A DNA stretch of 64,000 nucleotides, taken from an uncultured Holophaga sp. Lineage in GTDB: Bacteria > Acidobacteriota > Holophagae > Holophagales > Holophagaceae. Below, one piece after another: positions 14,647 to 23,867 of the stretch; positions within the stretch are counted from its first letter, which is position 1; the number at the start of each line of letters is the position of its first letter. The position numbers were made by a program, and so were the translations under genes. The DNA lies in contig OY761614.1 of the NCBI GenBank assembly GCA_963664825.1, forward strand, positions 640,001 through 704,000. The letters run 5' to 3'. The notes under the pieces were generated by a model. That model saw nothing but the letters and a program-made list of their open reading frames with translations, made no database searches and had not been told where the DNA came from.

Positions 14647-14958
14647 TCAGGCCATGAAGTCCAGGTGTGGGTCGGCAGTAACTGCCTCGTCTCGAGGGGG
14701 CTTTTCTTCCCCATTATCTTCGCCGGAGAACTGTTCTTCCGCGCCGCCCTGCCCCCGACCCTGGCGTCGTTCTTCGGTACGAATCCGATCGGAACCCGGA
14801 ACCATATGCACGGCGGCCTGATCCTCGGCCGCATGATCCTCGGCCGCCTTTTTGAGGGCCTGTTCCCGCTGGATCAGTTCACTCACCTCATGCGCCGCCC
14901 GTACCGACTCGACATTGGCGGTCTGGAAGACCTGGCGCTGGGCAAGGGGGCTTAGCAT
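14647..14958 (-). CDS. Hypothetical charged protein in the flagellar cluster
   Basis: Co-oriented between flgM and flgK; charged helical sequence ending HLDFMA. Confidence 0.6.
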   Translation of the reverse strand: MLSPLAQRQVFQTANVESVRAAHEVSELIQREQALKKAAEDHAAEDQAAVHMVPGSDRIRTEERRQGRGQGGAEEQFSGEDNGEEKPPRDEAVTADPHLDFMA

Positions 14959-14971
14959 GGTTCTATATCGA

Positions 14972-15271
14972 TCAGCGATCCCGGTGAGGCGGAGTATGTT
15001 CCCTCACCAAACCATCGGCCACGGCCTCTCCATCGGGGTGGTATCCATCGGATTCGAGCTGGGCTCGAAGTTCCTCGACCTTCTCGGTGCGGATATCCGG
15101 CACCTTCGCCAAGCGAGCCACGGCCACCGCAATGAATTGGGCCGGAGCCGAGACACTGAGGGCATCGCCCACAACACTGGGGCCCCCTGGTGAGGGCGCG
15201 CCCGACGCAGGCTTGGCGCCCCCCACGTTCTGGGTGGCCCCCACGCTGCTAGACTTGCCGGTAACACGCAT
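14972..15271 (-). CDS. flgM: Anti-sigma28 factor FlgM
   Basis: DALSVS...VPDIRTEKVEELRAQLESDGYHPDGEAVADGL FlgM C-terminal motif. Confidence 0.88.
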   Translation of the reverse strand: MRVTGKSSSVGATQNVGGAKPASGAPSPGGPSVVGDALSVSAPAQFIAVAVARLAKVPDIRTEKVEELRAQLESDGYHPDGEAVADGLVREHTPPHRDR

Positions 15272-15275
15272 GAAT

Positions 15276-15656
15276 TCACCTCGACAATCCTTCTATCGGC
15301 ATCTTGAGGGAATCCTTCAAGTCTCGCTTACCGAGGCTCTTCTGAACCGTATTTTCATTCTGCCGGGCCCAATCCTTTTCGATTCGCTCCGCGAGGCCCC
15401 AGCCCTGACCACCCGCCATGGCATGTTCCACCACCGCCTGATCGAGCAAATATTCATACGTTTGTCGGGCCTGCCCCCCATCGCCAAAGAGCCCAGAGGG
15501 TTCGACCGTCTTGCGCAGGCTTTGGAACAGCTGAGTCATGAGGAGGCCTTCGAATTTCTGGGCCGCTTCCTTCGGACTGGTCTTCCCCGACACGGAGGAA
15601 GGAAGTGCGGCAGCCAGCAGATCCTGAGGGCTTTGGGTGATCGGAGCGGCGTTCAC
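15276..15656 (-). CDS. flgJ: FlgJ-like rod-binding protein, single domain without muramidase
   Basis: EAAQKFEGLLMTQLFQSLRKTV...GWGLAE rod-binding motif; follows flgI. Confidence 0.82.
   Translation of the reverse strand: MNAAPITQSPQDLLAAALPSSVSGKTSPKEAAQKFEGLLMTQLFQSLRKTVEPSGLFGDGGQARQTYEYLLDQAVVEHAMAGGQGWGLAERIEKDWARQNENTVQKSLGKRDLKDSLKMPIEGLSR
15293..15319 (-). promoter_or_regulatory. sigma28 (FliA) promoter for flgM, inside the 3' end of flgJ
   Basis: TGAA-N15-GCCGATAG versus consensus TAAA-N15-GCCGATAA, 22 nt upstream of the flgM ATG. Confidence 0.75.
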
Positions 15657-16759
15657 AGGATTCGCAGCTCCGCGTTAAGGGCACCGGCATCCTTGATGGC
15701 CTGCAGGATGGCCACCATGTCCCGGGGCGTGACGCCCAGCGAGTTCAGCATCTCGGCCAACTTCCCCACGGAGACACCCGGTTCGATGGAGAGAGTCTTG
15801 GGCTTTTCCTCCACCGCCGTCACTTCCTTCTTGGTAGCCGTCACCGTCTTTCCCTGGCTGAGGGGCCTGGGCTGGCTGACCAGGGGCGTGGAACTCACCA
15901 CGATGGAAAGGCCTCCCTGGATAATGCTCACGGCTCCGACCTTCACATCCGAACCGAGGATGACAGTGCCTGTCTTTTCGTTGACGACGACCCGGGCCCT
16001 CGGCTGAAGCTGAACATTTAAGTTCTCCAACCTGGCCACCAGTTCCACGGCGCGCCCCTGGAATTCCTTCGGAATCACCACTTCAACAGTGCGGGAATCA
16101 AGGGCCTTGGCGACCTTCTCCCCCAGTTCCTCGTTGATGGAGTGGACCACTCGGATGACGGTGGTGAAGTCCTCTTCCTGCAGGCTGTAGCGCAGGTTGG
16201 GGCGATCGTTGAAATTACCGGGAATCTCCCGCTCCACCAGCGCGCCATCCGGGATTCGCCCGGCGGTGGGATGGTTCTTCGTGACCGAAGCCCCTCCCCC
16301 TGAAGCGCTGAAGCCACCCACCAGCACCGGCCCCTGGGCCACGGCATAGACCTGATGATCGGGCCCCTGCAATCCCGTCATCAGCAAGGTTCCCCCCGCC
16401 AGACTCTTGGCATCACCCGTGCTGCTCACGGTCACATCCATCTTCTGGCCGGACTTGGAGAAGGCCGGCAGCTCCGCGGTCACGATCACGGCAGCCACGT
16501 TCTTAACCTTGACGGAGGTAGGGTTGATGCTGATGCCCTGGCGCGCCAGAAGATTGGTGAGGCTCTGCACGGTGAATTTGGTCTGGTCCTTGTCTCCCGT
16601 GCCATCCAGCCCTACCACGACTCCGTAGCCCAGGAGCTGGTTGCCACGCACGCCCTGAAGGCGCGCCACATCCCGCAGCTTGGCCTCCACCTTCTTGTCG
16701 GGCTTATCCGGCGCAGCCAGGAGCGCGAGGCAAGCCAGGAAAATCGCAACGATCCGCAT
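15653..16759 (-). CDS. flgI: Flagellar P-ring protein
   Basis: GVRGNQLLGYGVVVGLDGTGD, KNVAAVIVTAELP, GDAKSLAGGTLL, AILQAIKDAGAL. Confidence 0.97.
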   Translation of the reverse strand: MRIVAIFLACLALLAAPDKPDKKVEAKLRDVARLQGVRGNQLLGYGVVVGLDGTGDKDQTKFTVQSLTNLLARQGISINPTSVKVKNVAAVIVTAELPAFSKSGQKMDVTVSSTGDAKSLAGGTLLMTGLQGPDHQVYAVAQGPVLVGGFSASGGGASVTKNHPTAGRIPDGALVEREIPGNFNDRPNLRYSLQEEDFTTVIRVVHSINEELGEKVAKALDSRTVEVVIPKEFQGRAVELVARLENLNVQLQPRARVVVNEKTGTVILGSDVKVGAVSIIQGGLSIVVSSTPLVSQPRPLSQGKTVTATKKEVTAVEEKPKTLSIEPGVSVGKLAEMLNSLGVTPRDMVAILQAIKDAGALNAELRIL

Positions 16760-16769
16760 GTTTGCCACC

Positions 16770-17444
16770 TCAGAAGGGCCAGATGAAGTTCAGGAGGCGG
16801 CTGATGTAGCCCGCCTTGAGCGTTTCGTCCACCACGCCCTGGCCACCGTAACCCACCCGCAATTCCGCCACTTGGCCGGAGGCAATGGTGTTGTTATTGT
16901 CCAGGCGCATTGGATCGATCATCCCGGCCACATAGAGGCGCTGGGTCTCGTTGTTGAGCTGGATATCCCGGAAACCCTCAAAGATGAGGTTCCCATTATT
17001 GAGCACTTTGACCACCCGGGCCGTCACCGTGGTCGTGAAGGTGGCGCTGCGGCCCGTGGTGCCTGTGCCTGCATACTTATTGGTATTGCTGGTGGTCTTG
17101 GCGTCGGTATTGCCCGAGGTGATGCCCCAATTGCCCAGGCGAGAGAAGAGGCTGGGTGCGTTCCAGTTGTTCGAGCCATCCCGCTTGGTGGTCACATCGG
17201 CCTTGGAGATGGCGCTGGTGCTCTCGGTGATCTTGATGGTGACCAGATCGTTCATCCGCCCCGCCCGCAGATCCCCCACCACGGGCCGATCCTGCCAGAG
17301 GGATCCCTCGGAGAGGGGAGCCTGCACGGGCGCCTCTTCCACGTAGGGAATCTTGGGTTTCTTGGCCAAATTCGGATCGTGGGTCTTCGGCAGACTGCAG
17401 CCCAACACCAGGAACCCGGCAAGGATGGGCAACATTTTCCGCAT
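16770..17444 (-). CDS. flgH: Flagellar L-ring lipoprotein
   Basis: Lipobox VLGC, GSLW, ARVVKVLNNGNL, C-terminal IWPF; GGAGG RBS. Confidence 0.95.
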   Translation of the reverse strand: MRKMLPILAGFLVLGCSLPKTHDPNLAKKPKIPYVEEAPVQAPLSEGSLWQDRPVVGDLRAGRMNDLVTIKITESTSAISKADVTTKRDGSNNWNAPSLFSRLGNWGITSGNTDAKTTSNTNKYAGTGTTGRSATFTTTVTARVVKVLNNGNLIFEGFRDIQLNNETQRLYVAGMIDPMRLDNNNTIASGQVAELRVGYGGQGVVDETLKAGYISRLLNFIWPF

Positions 17445-17466
17445 AACATTCCTCCACGCCAAGAGA

Positions 17467-17483
17467 TTGCAGAGGCCGTGCCA
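17467..17483 (-). promoter_or_regulatory. sigma54 (-24/-12) promoter of the flgH operon
   Basis: TGGCACGGCCTCTGCAA with exact GG-N10-GC spacing; AT-rich IHF-like tract just upstream. Confidence 0.8.
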
Positions 17484-17504
17484 TGAATTTTATGCTTAAT
17501 GATA

Positions 17505-18356
17505 TCAAAGGATAACCATCAGCACCCGGTCATTGCCCGCCAGATCCTGGTGGACCCAGGTGCGTCTCCAGCCCATCCCCAGGGATCGCTTCATCAGGGT
17601 GGCCCCCTGCCCCGCGCCGATCTCCAGCACACAGGCCGGGGCCGCCCTTCGACGAGCCTCCCGGAGCAGCTCCGTGCTGAGGGCCAGGCCCTGGTCGCCC
17701 GCAAAGAGCGCGGAATCAGGTTCCCAGGCCAATTCCCGTTGAAGGGAGGGCCTATCGGCGGGATCGACATACGGTGGGTTTGAAACCACTAGGCCCAGGG
17801 GCCCCTTCACCGGATCCAGGAGATGCCCAGCGGCAAATTCCAGGCGGGCCCCCAGGGCCGCGGCATTCCTCCGGGCCACGTCCAGGGCCCCTGCGCTGAG
17901 ATCGGTGGCGGTGATGTCCCAATCGGTTTCCAAGGCCATGGAAATGCCCAGGATCCCCGTCCCCGTGCCAATATCGGCGGCACGGCGCACCTGGATGCGC
18001 TTTCCGATCTCCAGGGCCGCCTCCAGCACCAGCTCGGTCTCGGGACGGGGAATCAGTGTCGCTGGCCCCACCTCGAAGCGCCGCTCCCGCCATTGGGTCC
18101 AACCCAGGATGTAGGCCCAGGGTTCCCCGGTCTCCCGGCGGCGGAGCCAGTGTTCCATCCGAGCCTGTGCCTCGGCAGGCACGACATCCTCACCATGGGC
18201 GGCCATCCAGGCGCGGCTGCGCCCCAGACCATCCTCGAACCACAGGATGGCCTCGGCCCGGGCCTCCTCGGGTTCCAGGAACTGGGCCAGGGCCTTGGAA
18301 AGAGCGAGGCGAAGCTGGTGGTAGGTTTGCGGCATCCCTTCCAGACGGTTCCCCAT
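17505..18356 (-). CDS. prmC: Release factor glutamine methyltransferase
   Basis: GEPWAYILG, LIPRPETE, DIGTGTG, VSNPPY. Confidence 0.95.
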   Translation of the reverse strand: MGNRLEGMPQTYHQLRLALSKALAQFLEPEEARAEAILWFEDGLGRSRAWMAAHGEDVVPAEAQARMEHWLRRRETGEPWAYILGWTQWRERRFEVGPATLIPRPETELVLEAALEIGKRIQVRRAADIGTGTGILGISMALETDWDITATDLSAGALDVARRNAAALGARLEFAAGHLLDPVKGPLGLVVSNPPYVDPADRPSLQRELAWEPDSALFAGDQGLALSTELLREARRRAAPACVLEIGAGQGATLMKRSLGMGWRRTWVHQDLAGNDRVLMVIL

Positions 18357-18934
18357 CAGCCCATCAGGGCCTTGGCGCGGGCCTGACTGGCGGCCAGCAC
18401 CTCGTCATGGAGGGAACCGCCGTGGCTGTCCATGGTCACCACCAGGGGGAAATCCTCTACCTCGACGATCCAGAAGGCTTCGGGGCTGCCGAATTCCTCC
18501 AGCATCTTCACATCCACAACTCGCTTCACGCGCTCCGCCAATAGCGCCCCGGCGCCTCCCGTGGCGTGGAAGTAACAGGCCCCCACCTTCTGGAGCCCAC
18601 CGCTGGTCTTGGGGCCCATGCCACCCTTGCCGATGACCCCGCGCACACCATAGGTCTCCAGCACCTCGGCCTGGTAGGGCTCCTCGCGGATGCTGGTGGT
18701 GGGTCCCGAGGAGACGAAACGCCATGTGCCATCGGGGTTCTTGGCCACCACCGGGCCGCAGTGGTAGATGACGGAATCCTTGAGGATCGGCTTCAGCCAC
18801 TCGGGCTTATTTTCGATCATGAACTTGTGGCCCATATCGCGGCTGAGGATGACCCTGCCGCTGAGCAGCACCTCGTCGCCCACATGAAGGGCGCGAATCG
18901 ATTGTTCGGTGATGGGTGTGCTGAGACGGATCAT
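18356..18934 (-). CDS. Fe-S fumarate hydratase / tartrate dehydratase family, beta subunit
   Basis: LHVGDEVLLSG, IYHCGPV, GPTTSIREEPY, IGKGGM, DFPLVVTMDSHG. True start MIRLST. Confidence 0.93.
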   Translation of the reverse strand: MIRLSTPITEQSIRALHVGDEVLLSGRVILSRDMGHKFMIENKPEWLKPILKDSVIYHCGPVVAKNPDGTWRFVSSGPTTSIREEPYQAEVLETYGVRGVIGKGGMGPKTSGGLQKVGACYFHATGGAGALLAERVKRVVDVKMLEEFGSPEAFWIVEVEDFPLVVTMDSHGGSLHDEVLAASQARAKALMG

Positions 18935-18942
18935 GATTTCCC

Positions 18943-19923
18943 CTACTCGAAGACCGCAACGCCCGTGGGCTCGATCCGAAGCGTCACCCGACGGCTGCTC
19001 CAGCACATGTAGCTGATCGTCACAAAGAAACTGGCCGGATGACGCCACAGTTCCTCCACCGCGATGCCCAGCAGCGTGGTTTTCCCGCCGTATCCCATGG
19101 GCCCGATGCCTAGCGTGTTGATCTCGGCCACCAGGGACTTTTCGAACTCGGCCAGGACCGGATTGGCATTGGACTGGTCCAGCCTGCGGAGCAGCAGTTC
19201 CTTGCTGTGTTCGTAGCCGACCACCCGATCGCCGCCGATGCAGACGCCCAGGATGCCCGGCGCGCAGCCCTGCCCCTGGGCCTTCACCACCGCATCGAGG
19301 ATGCATTTGCGCACCCCCTTGAGATCCCGGCCCGCCCCAAGGGCGGCATCCGGAAGACGGTACTGGCTGCCCACGTTCTCGCTGCCCCCGCCCTTCTGCA
19401 GCATCTTGATTTCGATGCCGGGCTGGTCCCATTCCTCGAAATGGATGATGGGGTGGGCTTCTCCGAAGGGATCCAGGTTATTGCCGGGATTCTTCCCGGA
19501 GAGCGCCTCCACACAGTTGGGCCGCAGCCAGCTGCGCCCGGTGGCCTCGGCCACCGCCGCCCGGACCTGGGCCTTGAGGCGGCGCTGGCTCACGCCGAAG
19601 GGATGGCGAACCCAGAAGATCACGGACCCCGTGTCCTGGCAGAGGGGCGCCACCCGCGCATCGGCCAGCACGATGTTCTCCAGCATGGTGTCCAGGGTAT
19701 TGGCACTGCGGCTGCCTGGGATCTCGGCATTGCGGCCGTCCACCAGCGCCTGGATCACGTCCTGGGGGAGTCGGGTGGTGGAGCGGCGGATCATCTCCAG
19801 GACGGCCAGGGTGAGATCCAGCTTCCCTGGATCCGAACACTCAGCCCTCCACCCCTTGGGCAGCACGGATTTCTCCTCCAGGGTCTCGAGGGATGTGAGT
19901 TTGGGAATTTCGCAAGTGGACAT
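18943..19923 (-). CDS. Fe-S fumarate hydratase / tartrate dehydratase family, alpha subunit
   Basis: PLCQDTG, KGGGSEN, GCAPGILGVCIGG, GIGPMGYGG, MCWSSRR. Confidence 0.93.
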   Translation of the reverse strand: MSTCEIPKLTSLETLEEKSVLPKGWRAECSDPGKLDLTLAVLEMIRRSTTRLPQDVIQALVDGRNAEIPGSRSANTLDTMLENIVLADARVAPLCQDTGSVIFWVRHPFGVSQRRLKAQVRAAVAEATGRSWLRPNCVEALSGKNPGNNLDPFGEAHPIIHFEEWDQPGIEIKMLQKGGGSENVGSQYRLPDAALGAGRDLKGVRKCILDAVVKAQGQGCAPGILGVCIGGDRVVGYEHSKELLLRRLDQSNANPVLAEFEKSLVAEINTLGIGPMGYGGKTTLLGIAVEELWRHPASFFVTISYMCWSSRRVTLRIEPTGVAVFE

Positions 19924-19971
19924 GCTGGGCCTCAGAAGAAAGTTCAACCATCGCATTGGATCGTCAAGGGT

Positions 19972-20997
19972 TCAGGCAGTCCAGGCTCTGGCCAGTGAAA
20001 CCGTCAAAGACAGGAGAGGGGTTTGCCCCCCCGAAAAAGCCATCCCCTTCAGATCCAGGTCCGTCTGGTTCACCACGTGCAGGAGCCGCTTTACCCCTTC
20101 GGCGCCCAGGCGATCCACCACGCGCACATAGCCATCCAGCAGGAATCCCTGCTTGGGACTAAGGCCCAGGGCGCCCAGAAACTGGCCGGGTGCCTTGCCC
20201 GCGGCGCGGGCTTCCACCAGGCGCGCCAGACGCTCCACTTCGCGCCGGGCCTGGCCCAGCAGCATCAGGGGAGCACCGCTGGGTTCATCCTCCAGGGCCA
20301 CCCTCAGGGTGGCGAGGGCCTGGCCCAGCTGCCCCCTCTGCCAGGCCTGGGACCAGGCGAAAGCACTCTGTTCACCCAGGCGGAAGGTGGCCTGATCCAC
20401 CAGCGCACTCCCCACCTGGCGATCCTCGGCCAGGAGATCCAGCACCTCCAGGGTCCGCTTGAGCACACCTGGATTTCCCCCCATGCGCGCGACCAGACGG
20501 GCCGCAACGCCGGAGCCGAGCCGCAGGCCCAGAGCCTTGGCCTGGGCCTCCACGAAGGCGGGAGCCTCCCGCTCATCCAGGGCTCCGACCTTGAGCACGC
20601 GACCTTCCTTGCCCCAATCATTGAAGGGCTTGGTGGCCAGCACGCGCCCCGGGGCCGCGCTCAGGGCCGCCCGGGAGACCAGCAGCAGCCGAGTGCCGGG
20701 CAGGGGTTGGGTCAGCAGGGTCTTGATGGAGGCAGGCAGTTCCTTGGGCTTCTCCAGCAGGTTCTCGGCCTGGGGCACGATGACCACCCGATCGGTGCCC
20801 AGGGGGGCCGATTCCAGAAGGGCATTCTGCACCTCGGGCCAGGGACATCCCTCCGCGCAGACCAGGAGGGAGAAATCGACCCATTCCGGATCCACATGGA
20901 TGGCCTTCCAGGCCTCCACGGCCTCCCGGCGCCCATCCCCGTCCTCGCCATGGAGGAGGGCGTACTCGGCCTTGAGCCAACCGGAGGGAAGAGCCAT
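19972..20997 (-). CDS. holA: DNA polymerase III subunit delta
   Basis: YALLHGED N-terminus, C-terminal DLDLKG; conserved lptE-holA adjacency. Confidence 0.85.
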   Translation of the reverse strand: MALPSGWLKAEYALLHGEDGDGRREAVEAWKAIHVDPEWVDFSLLVCAEGCPWPEVQNALLESAPLGTDRVVIVPQAENLLEKPKELPASIKTLLTQPLPGTRLLLVSRAALSAAPGRVLATKPFNDWGKEGRVLKVGALDEREAPAFVEAQAKALGLRLGSGVAARLVARMGGNPGVLKRTLEVLDLLAEDRQVGSALVDQATFRLGEQSAFAWSQAWQRGQLGQALATLRVALEDEPSGAPLMLLGQARREVERLARLVEARAAGKAPGQFLGALGLSPKQGFLLDGYVRVVDRLGAEGVKRLLHVVNQTDLDLKGMAFSGGQTPLLSLTVSLARAWTA

Positions 20998-21545
20998 CAC
21001 TCGCTTCCCTCCAAGAGCTGGGTGAGGAAGCTCTCGGCGAAATCGTCGGCGAGGTTCTCCACCACCTGCAGCTCCCGGTTATCGAAGCTGGCGAAGTTCT
21101 GATCCACCCGGTATTGGTTGCTGAAGGTGAGCTTGGGGCGGGAGATGGCCACGACCCCGGTCTGGCCATCCAACAACTGCACGGAGGCTACGATTACCAC
21201 TTCCAATCGGCTAGCCGTGCCCGCGCTGCCCCGGGACTGGGTATTGCCCAGGGAGAGCCCCAGCGGGCGCAACTCGTACTTCTCCAGAGTGGCCTGGAGC
21301 ACCCACCGGGAGCCCCCGCTCTGAGGCAGCAGCTTCCAGGGGGAAGCAGCCACGATGCGGTTCTCGAGAGCCTTGCGAAAGGGTTCCTCCAACCCCAGGC
21401 GGGGTGTGTGGTTCCGGAAGCTGGCGATGCGGATGGTCTCGCCCTTGACCATCCAGGCCGCAGCCCGAGGCCGACGATCCAGCCGCTGGTAGCCACAGCC
21501 CATGACCAGGCTCGAGAGGAGGGCGGGGAGCAGGAATCTGCGCAT
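20997..21545 (-). CDS. lptE: LPS assembly lipoprotein LptE-like
   Basis: Lipobox MGCGY, FRNHT..LGLE; position upstream of holA. Confidence 0.8.
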   Translation of the reverse strand: MRRFLLPALLSSLVMGCGYQRLDRRPRAAAWMVKGETIRIASFRNHTPRLGLEEPFRKALENRIVAASPWKLLPQSGGSRWVLQATLEKYELRPLGLSLGNTQSRGSAGTASRLEVVIVASVQLLDGQTGVVAISRPKLTFSNQYRVDQNFASFDNRELQVVENLADDFAESFLTQLLEGSE

Positions 21546-22078
21546 CAGGCGGGGTTGTAGATCCCGACATAGGGCAGATTGCGGTATTTGCCGTCCAGAT
21601 CCAGGCCATAGCCAACGACGAAGAGATCCTCGATGGTGAAGCCGATGTATTCCACCGGCACCTCCACGCGACGACGGCTGGGCTTGCTGAGCAGCGAGCA
21701 GACCCTCAGGCTGGCGGGCTCCCGGTCCGTGAGGAGCTTGCGCACCTTATTGAGGGTGAGGCCGGTATCGACGATGTCCTCGACAATCAGGGCGTGACGA
21801 CCCCGGATGGAGCGATCCAGGTCGTGGAGGATCTTGACCTCCCCCGTGCTCTCCGTGCCCCCGCCATAGCTGGAGACCTGCATGAAGGTGACCTCGAAAT
21901 CGATATCCGTGTGCCGGGTCAGATCGGCGAAGAACTGGTAGACCCCATTGAGAAGCCCGATGACCACCAGGTCCTTGCCTGCGTAATCCCTGGCCAGCTC
22001 TTTACCCAGCTCTGCGACCCGTTCTTCGATCTGGGCCTCCGTGAACAGGGGATAGATGCGGCTGCGTGACATGCTCAT
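21545..22078 (-). CDS. hpt: Hypoxanthine phosphoribosyltransferase
   Basis: LIVEDIVDTGLT PRPP motif; FVVGYGLD...YRNLPY. Confidence 0.96.
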   Translation of the reverse strand: MSMSRSRIYPLFTEAQIEERVAELGKELARDYAGKDLVVIGLLNGVYQFFADLTRHTDIDFEVTFMQVSSYGGGTESTGEVKILHDLDRSIRGRHALIVEDIVDTGLTLNKVRKLLTDREPASLRVCSLLSKPSRRRVEVPVEYIGFTIEDLFVVGYGLDLDGKYRNLPYVGIYNPA

Positions 22079-22148
22079 GAAACGAACCCTCCGAATTCTA
22101 ATTCAACCCGATGCATCGCACCCAGGTCTACCCGCAAGAGAAGCCGGC

Positions 22149-23867
22149 CTAGTTGGCCGCGGCGTCGAGGATCATCGGCACCACCATGGGCCGAGTCTCC
22201 GTGGTCTTCCGAATGGTGCGACGAAGATTCTGCCGGACGAGCTCGATGAGGAGGTCCTTGTTCCGACGAATTTCCGGAGGGGCGTCGTCGAAGGCCTTGC
22301 GCACCGTGCTGCGGAGCAGCTCACCGTAGGATTCGTCATCGGAGAGCACCACGAAGCCGCGGGTGAGGATCACCGGGTCTCCCGCCAGTTCGCCGGTGGC
22401 CGGATCCACCAGCAGGGTGGCGATCACGATGCCATCCTCCTGCATGATCAAGCGGTCGTGAACGACCCGGGCATCCACCCGATGGGAGACGCCCTGATCC
22501 ACGAAGCATTTGCCCACCGGCACGGTGCCGACCTTTTGGGGTTCCTTGCCCCCGAAGAATTGGAGGCACTCCCCACCCTCCAGGAGCAGCACGTGGTCCT
22601 TCCGCCATCCGAGGCTTTCCGCGATCCGCCCATGGGCCTGGAGGTTCTGGAAACGGCCATGGACCGGCACCATGGTCCGGGGTTTCAGGGTCTGGATGAG
22701 TTCGGCGGCATCCTCCCGATAGGCATGACCCGAAGCATGGATCGGCCCCAGCTCCTCGCTGGCCGTCTCCGCACCCTGACGGGCCGCCACATCCTGCATC
22801 CGGGCAATGGCCACTTCGTTGCCCGGAATGGCCCGGGAGCTGAGCACCAGACGATCCCCCGGGGCGATCTTGAGCCCCTTCACTTCCTTGCGCAGCACTC
22901 GGGCCAGGGCACTCAGTTCCTCGCCCTGGCTGCCCGTACAGAGCACGAGCACTTTGTGGGGCTTGAAGAGCGAGGCCTCGTTGGGCTGGATGAACAAGTC
23001 GTCTGGAAGCAGCAGGCATTTCAATTCCCGCGCCACCGTCACATTGCGCTCCAGGCTGCGCCCCAGGACCACGACCTTGCGGCCCTCCTCGTAGGCCAGG
23101 TCCAGCAGCGTCTGGATTCGGTTGATATTGGAGCTGAAGAGCGCGATGAAGAGCCGTCCCTTGGTCTGGCGAAAGGCCTGGCGCAGGCCCTCACGGCAGC
23201 TCTCCTCCGAGGGCGTCCTGCCGGGCTTCATCACATTGGTGGAATCCGCCAGCAGCACGGAGACGCCCGCCTTCCCCAGGGCCTTGAGGCGCTGGGTGCC
23301 GGTCATGCGCCCATCGGTGGGGGTATGGTCCAGCTTGAAGTCCCCGGAATGAACGATCACGCCCTGGGGGGTATGCAGGGCGATGGCGCAGGCGTCGGGG
23401 ATGCTATGGGTGACAGGAATCCACTCGGCTTCGATTTCACCGCTACCGATGCGGACGCGTTCGAAATCCGACACCCGGCGCAGCAGCTTGAGGTCCAGCT
23501 CAAACTCGCGCATCTTGCGCTCGAGCACCCCCAGGGTGAAGGCCGTGCCGTAGACCGGCACCGGCCACCGCTCCAGGAAATAGGGGAGCGCCCCCAGATG
23601 ATCCTCGTGCCCGTGGGTGAGCAGCACGGCATCGATCTGATCGGCGAAGGGCTCGAGATAAGCGAAGTCCGGCACGATGCTATCGATGCCTGGCTCATCG
23701 TCCGAGGGAAAGAGCTGACCGCAATCCACCAGGAAGAGGCTCTTGGCCGTATGGACGACCAAGGAATTCATCCCGAACTCCCCCAGCCCCCCGATGGGGA
23801 TCAGGCGCATCTCGCCCTTGCGGGGGGCTTCCTGCCAGGTTTCAAAGGTCGGTGAGTGAGATTCCAT
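22149..23867 (-). CDS. rnj: Ribonuclease J
   Basis: IGGLGEFGMN, LTHGHEDHLG, THSIPD, SGDFKLD, TGSQGE, HASGH. Confidence 0.95.
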   Translation of the reverse strand: MESHSPTFETWQEAPRKGEMRLIPIGGLGEFGMNSLVVHTAKSLFLVDCGQLFPSDDEPGIDSIVPDFAYLEPFADQIDAVLLTHGHEDHLGALPYFLERWPVPVYGTAFTLGVLERKMREFELDLKLLRRVSDFERVRIGSGEIEAEWIPVTHSIPDACAIALHTPQGVIVHSGDFKLDHTPTDGRMTGTQRLKALGKAGVSVLLADSTNVMKPGRTPSEESCREGLRQAFRQTKGRLFIALFSSNINRIQTLLDLAYEEGRKVVVLGRSLERNVTVARELKCLLLPDDLFIQPNEASLFKPHKVLVLCTGSQGEELSALARVLRKEVKGLKIAPGDRLVLSSRAIPGNEVAIARMQDVAARQGAETASEELGPIHASGHAYREDAAELIQTLKPRTMVPVHGRFQNLQAHGRIAESLGWRKDHVLLLEGGECLQFFGGKEPQKVGTVPVGKCFVDQGVSHRVDARVVHDRLIMQEDGIVIATLLVDPATGELAGDPVILTRGFVVLSDDESYGELLRSTVRKAFDDAPPEIRRNKDLLIELVRQNLRRTIRKTTETRPMVVPMILDAAAN

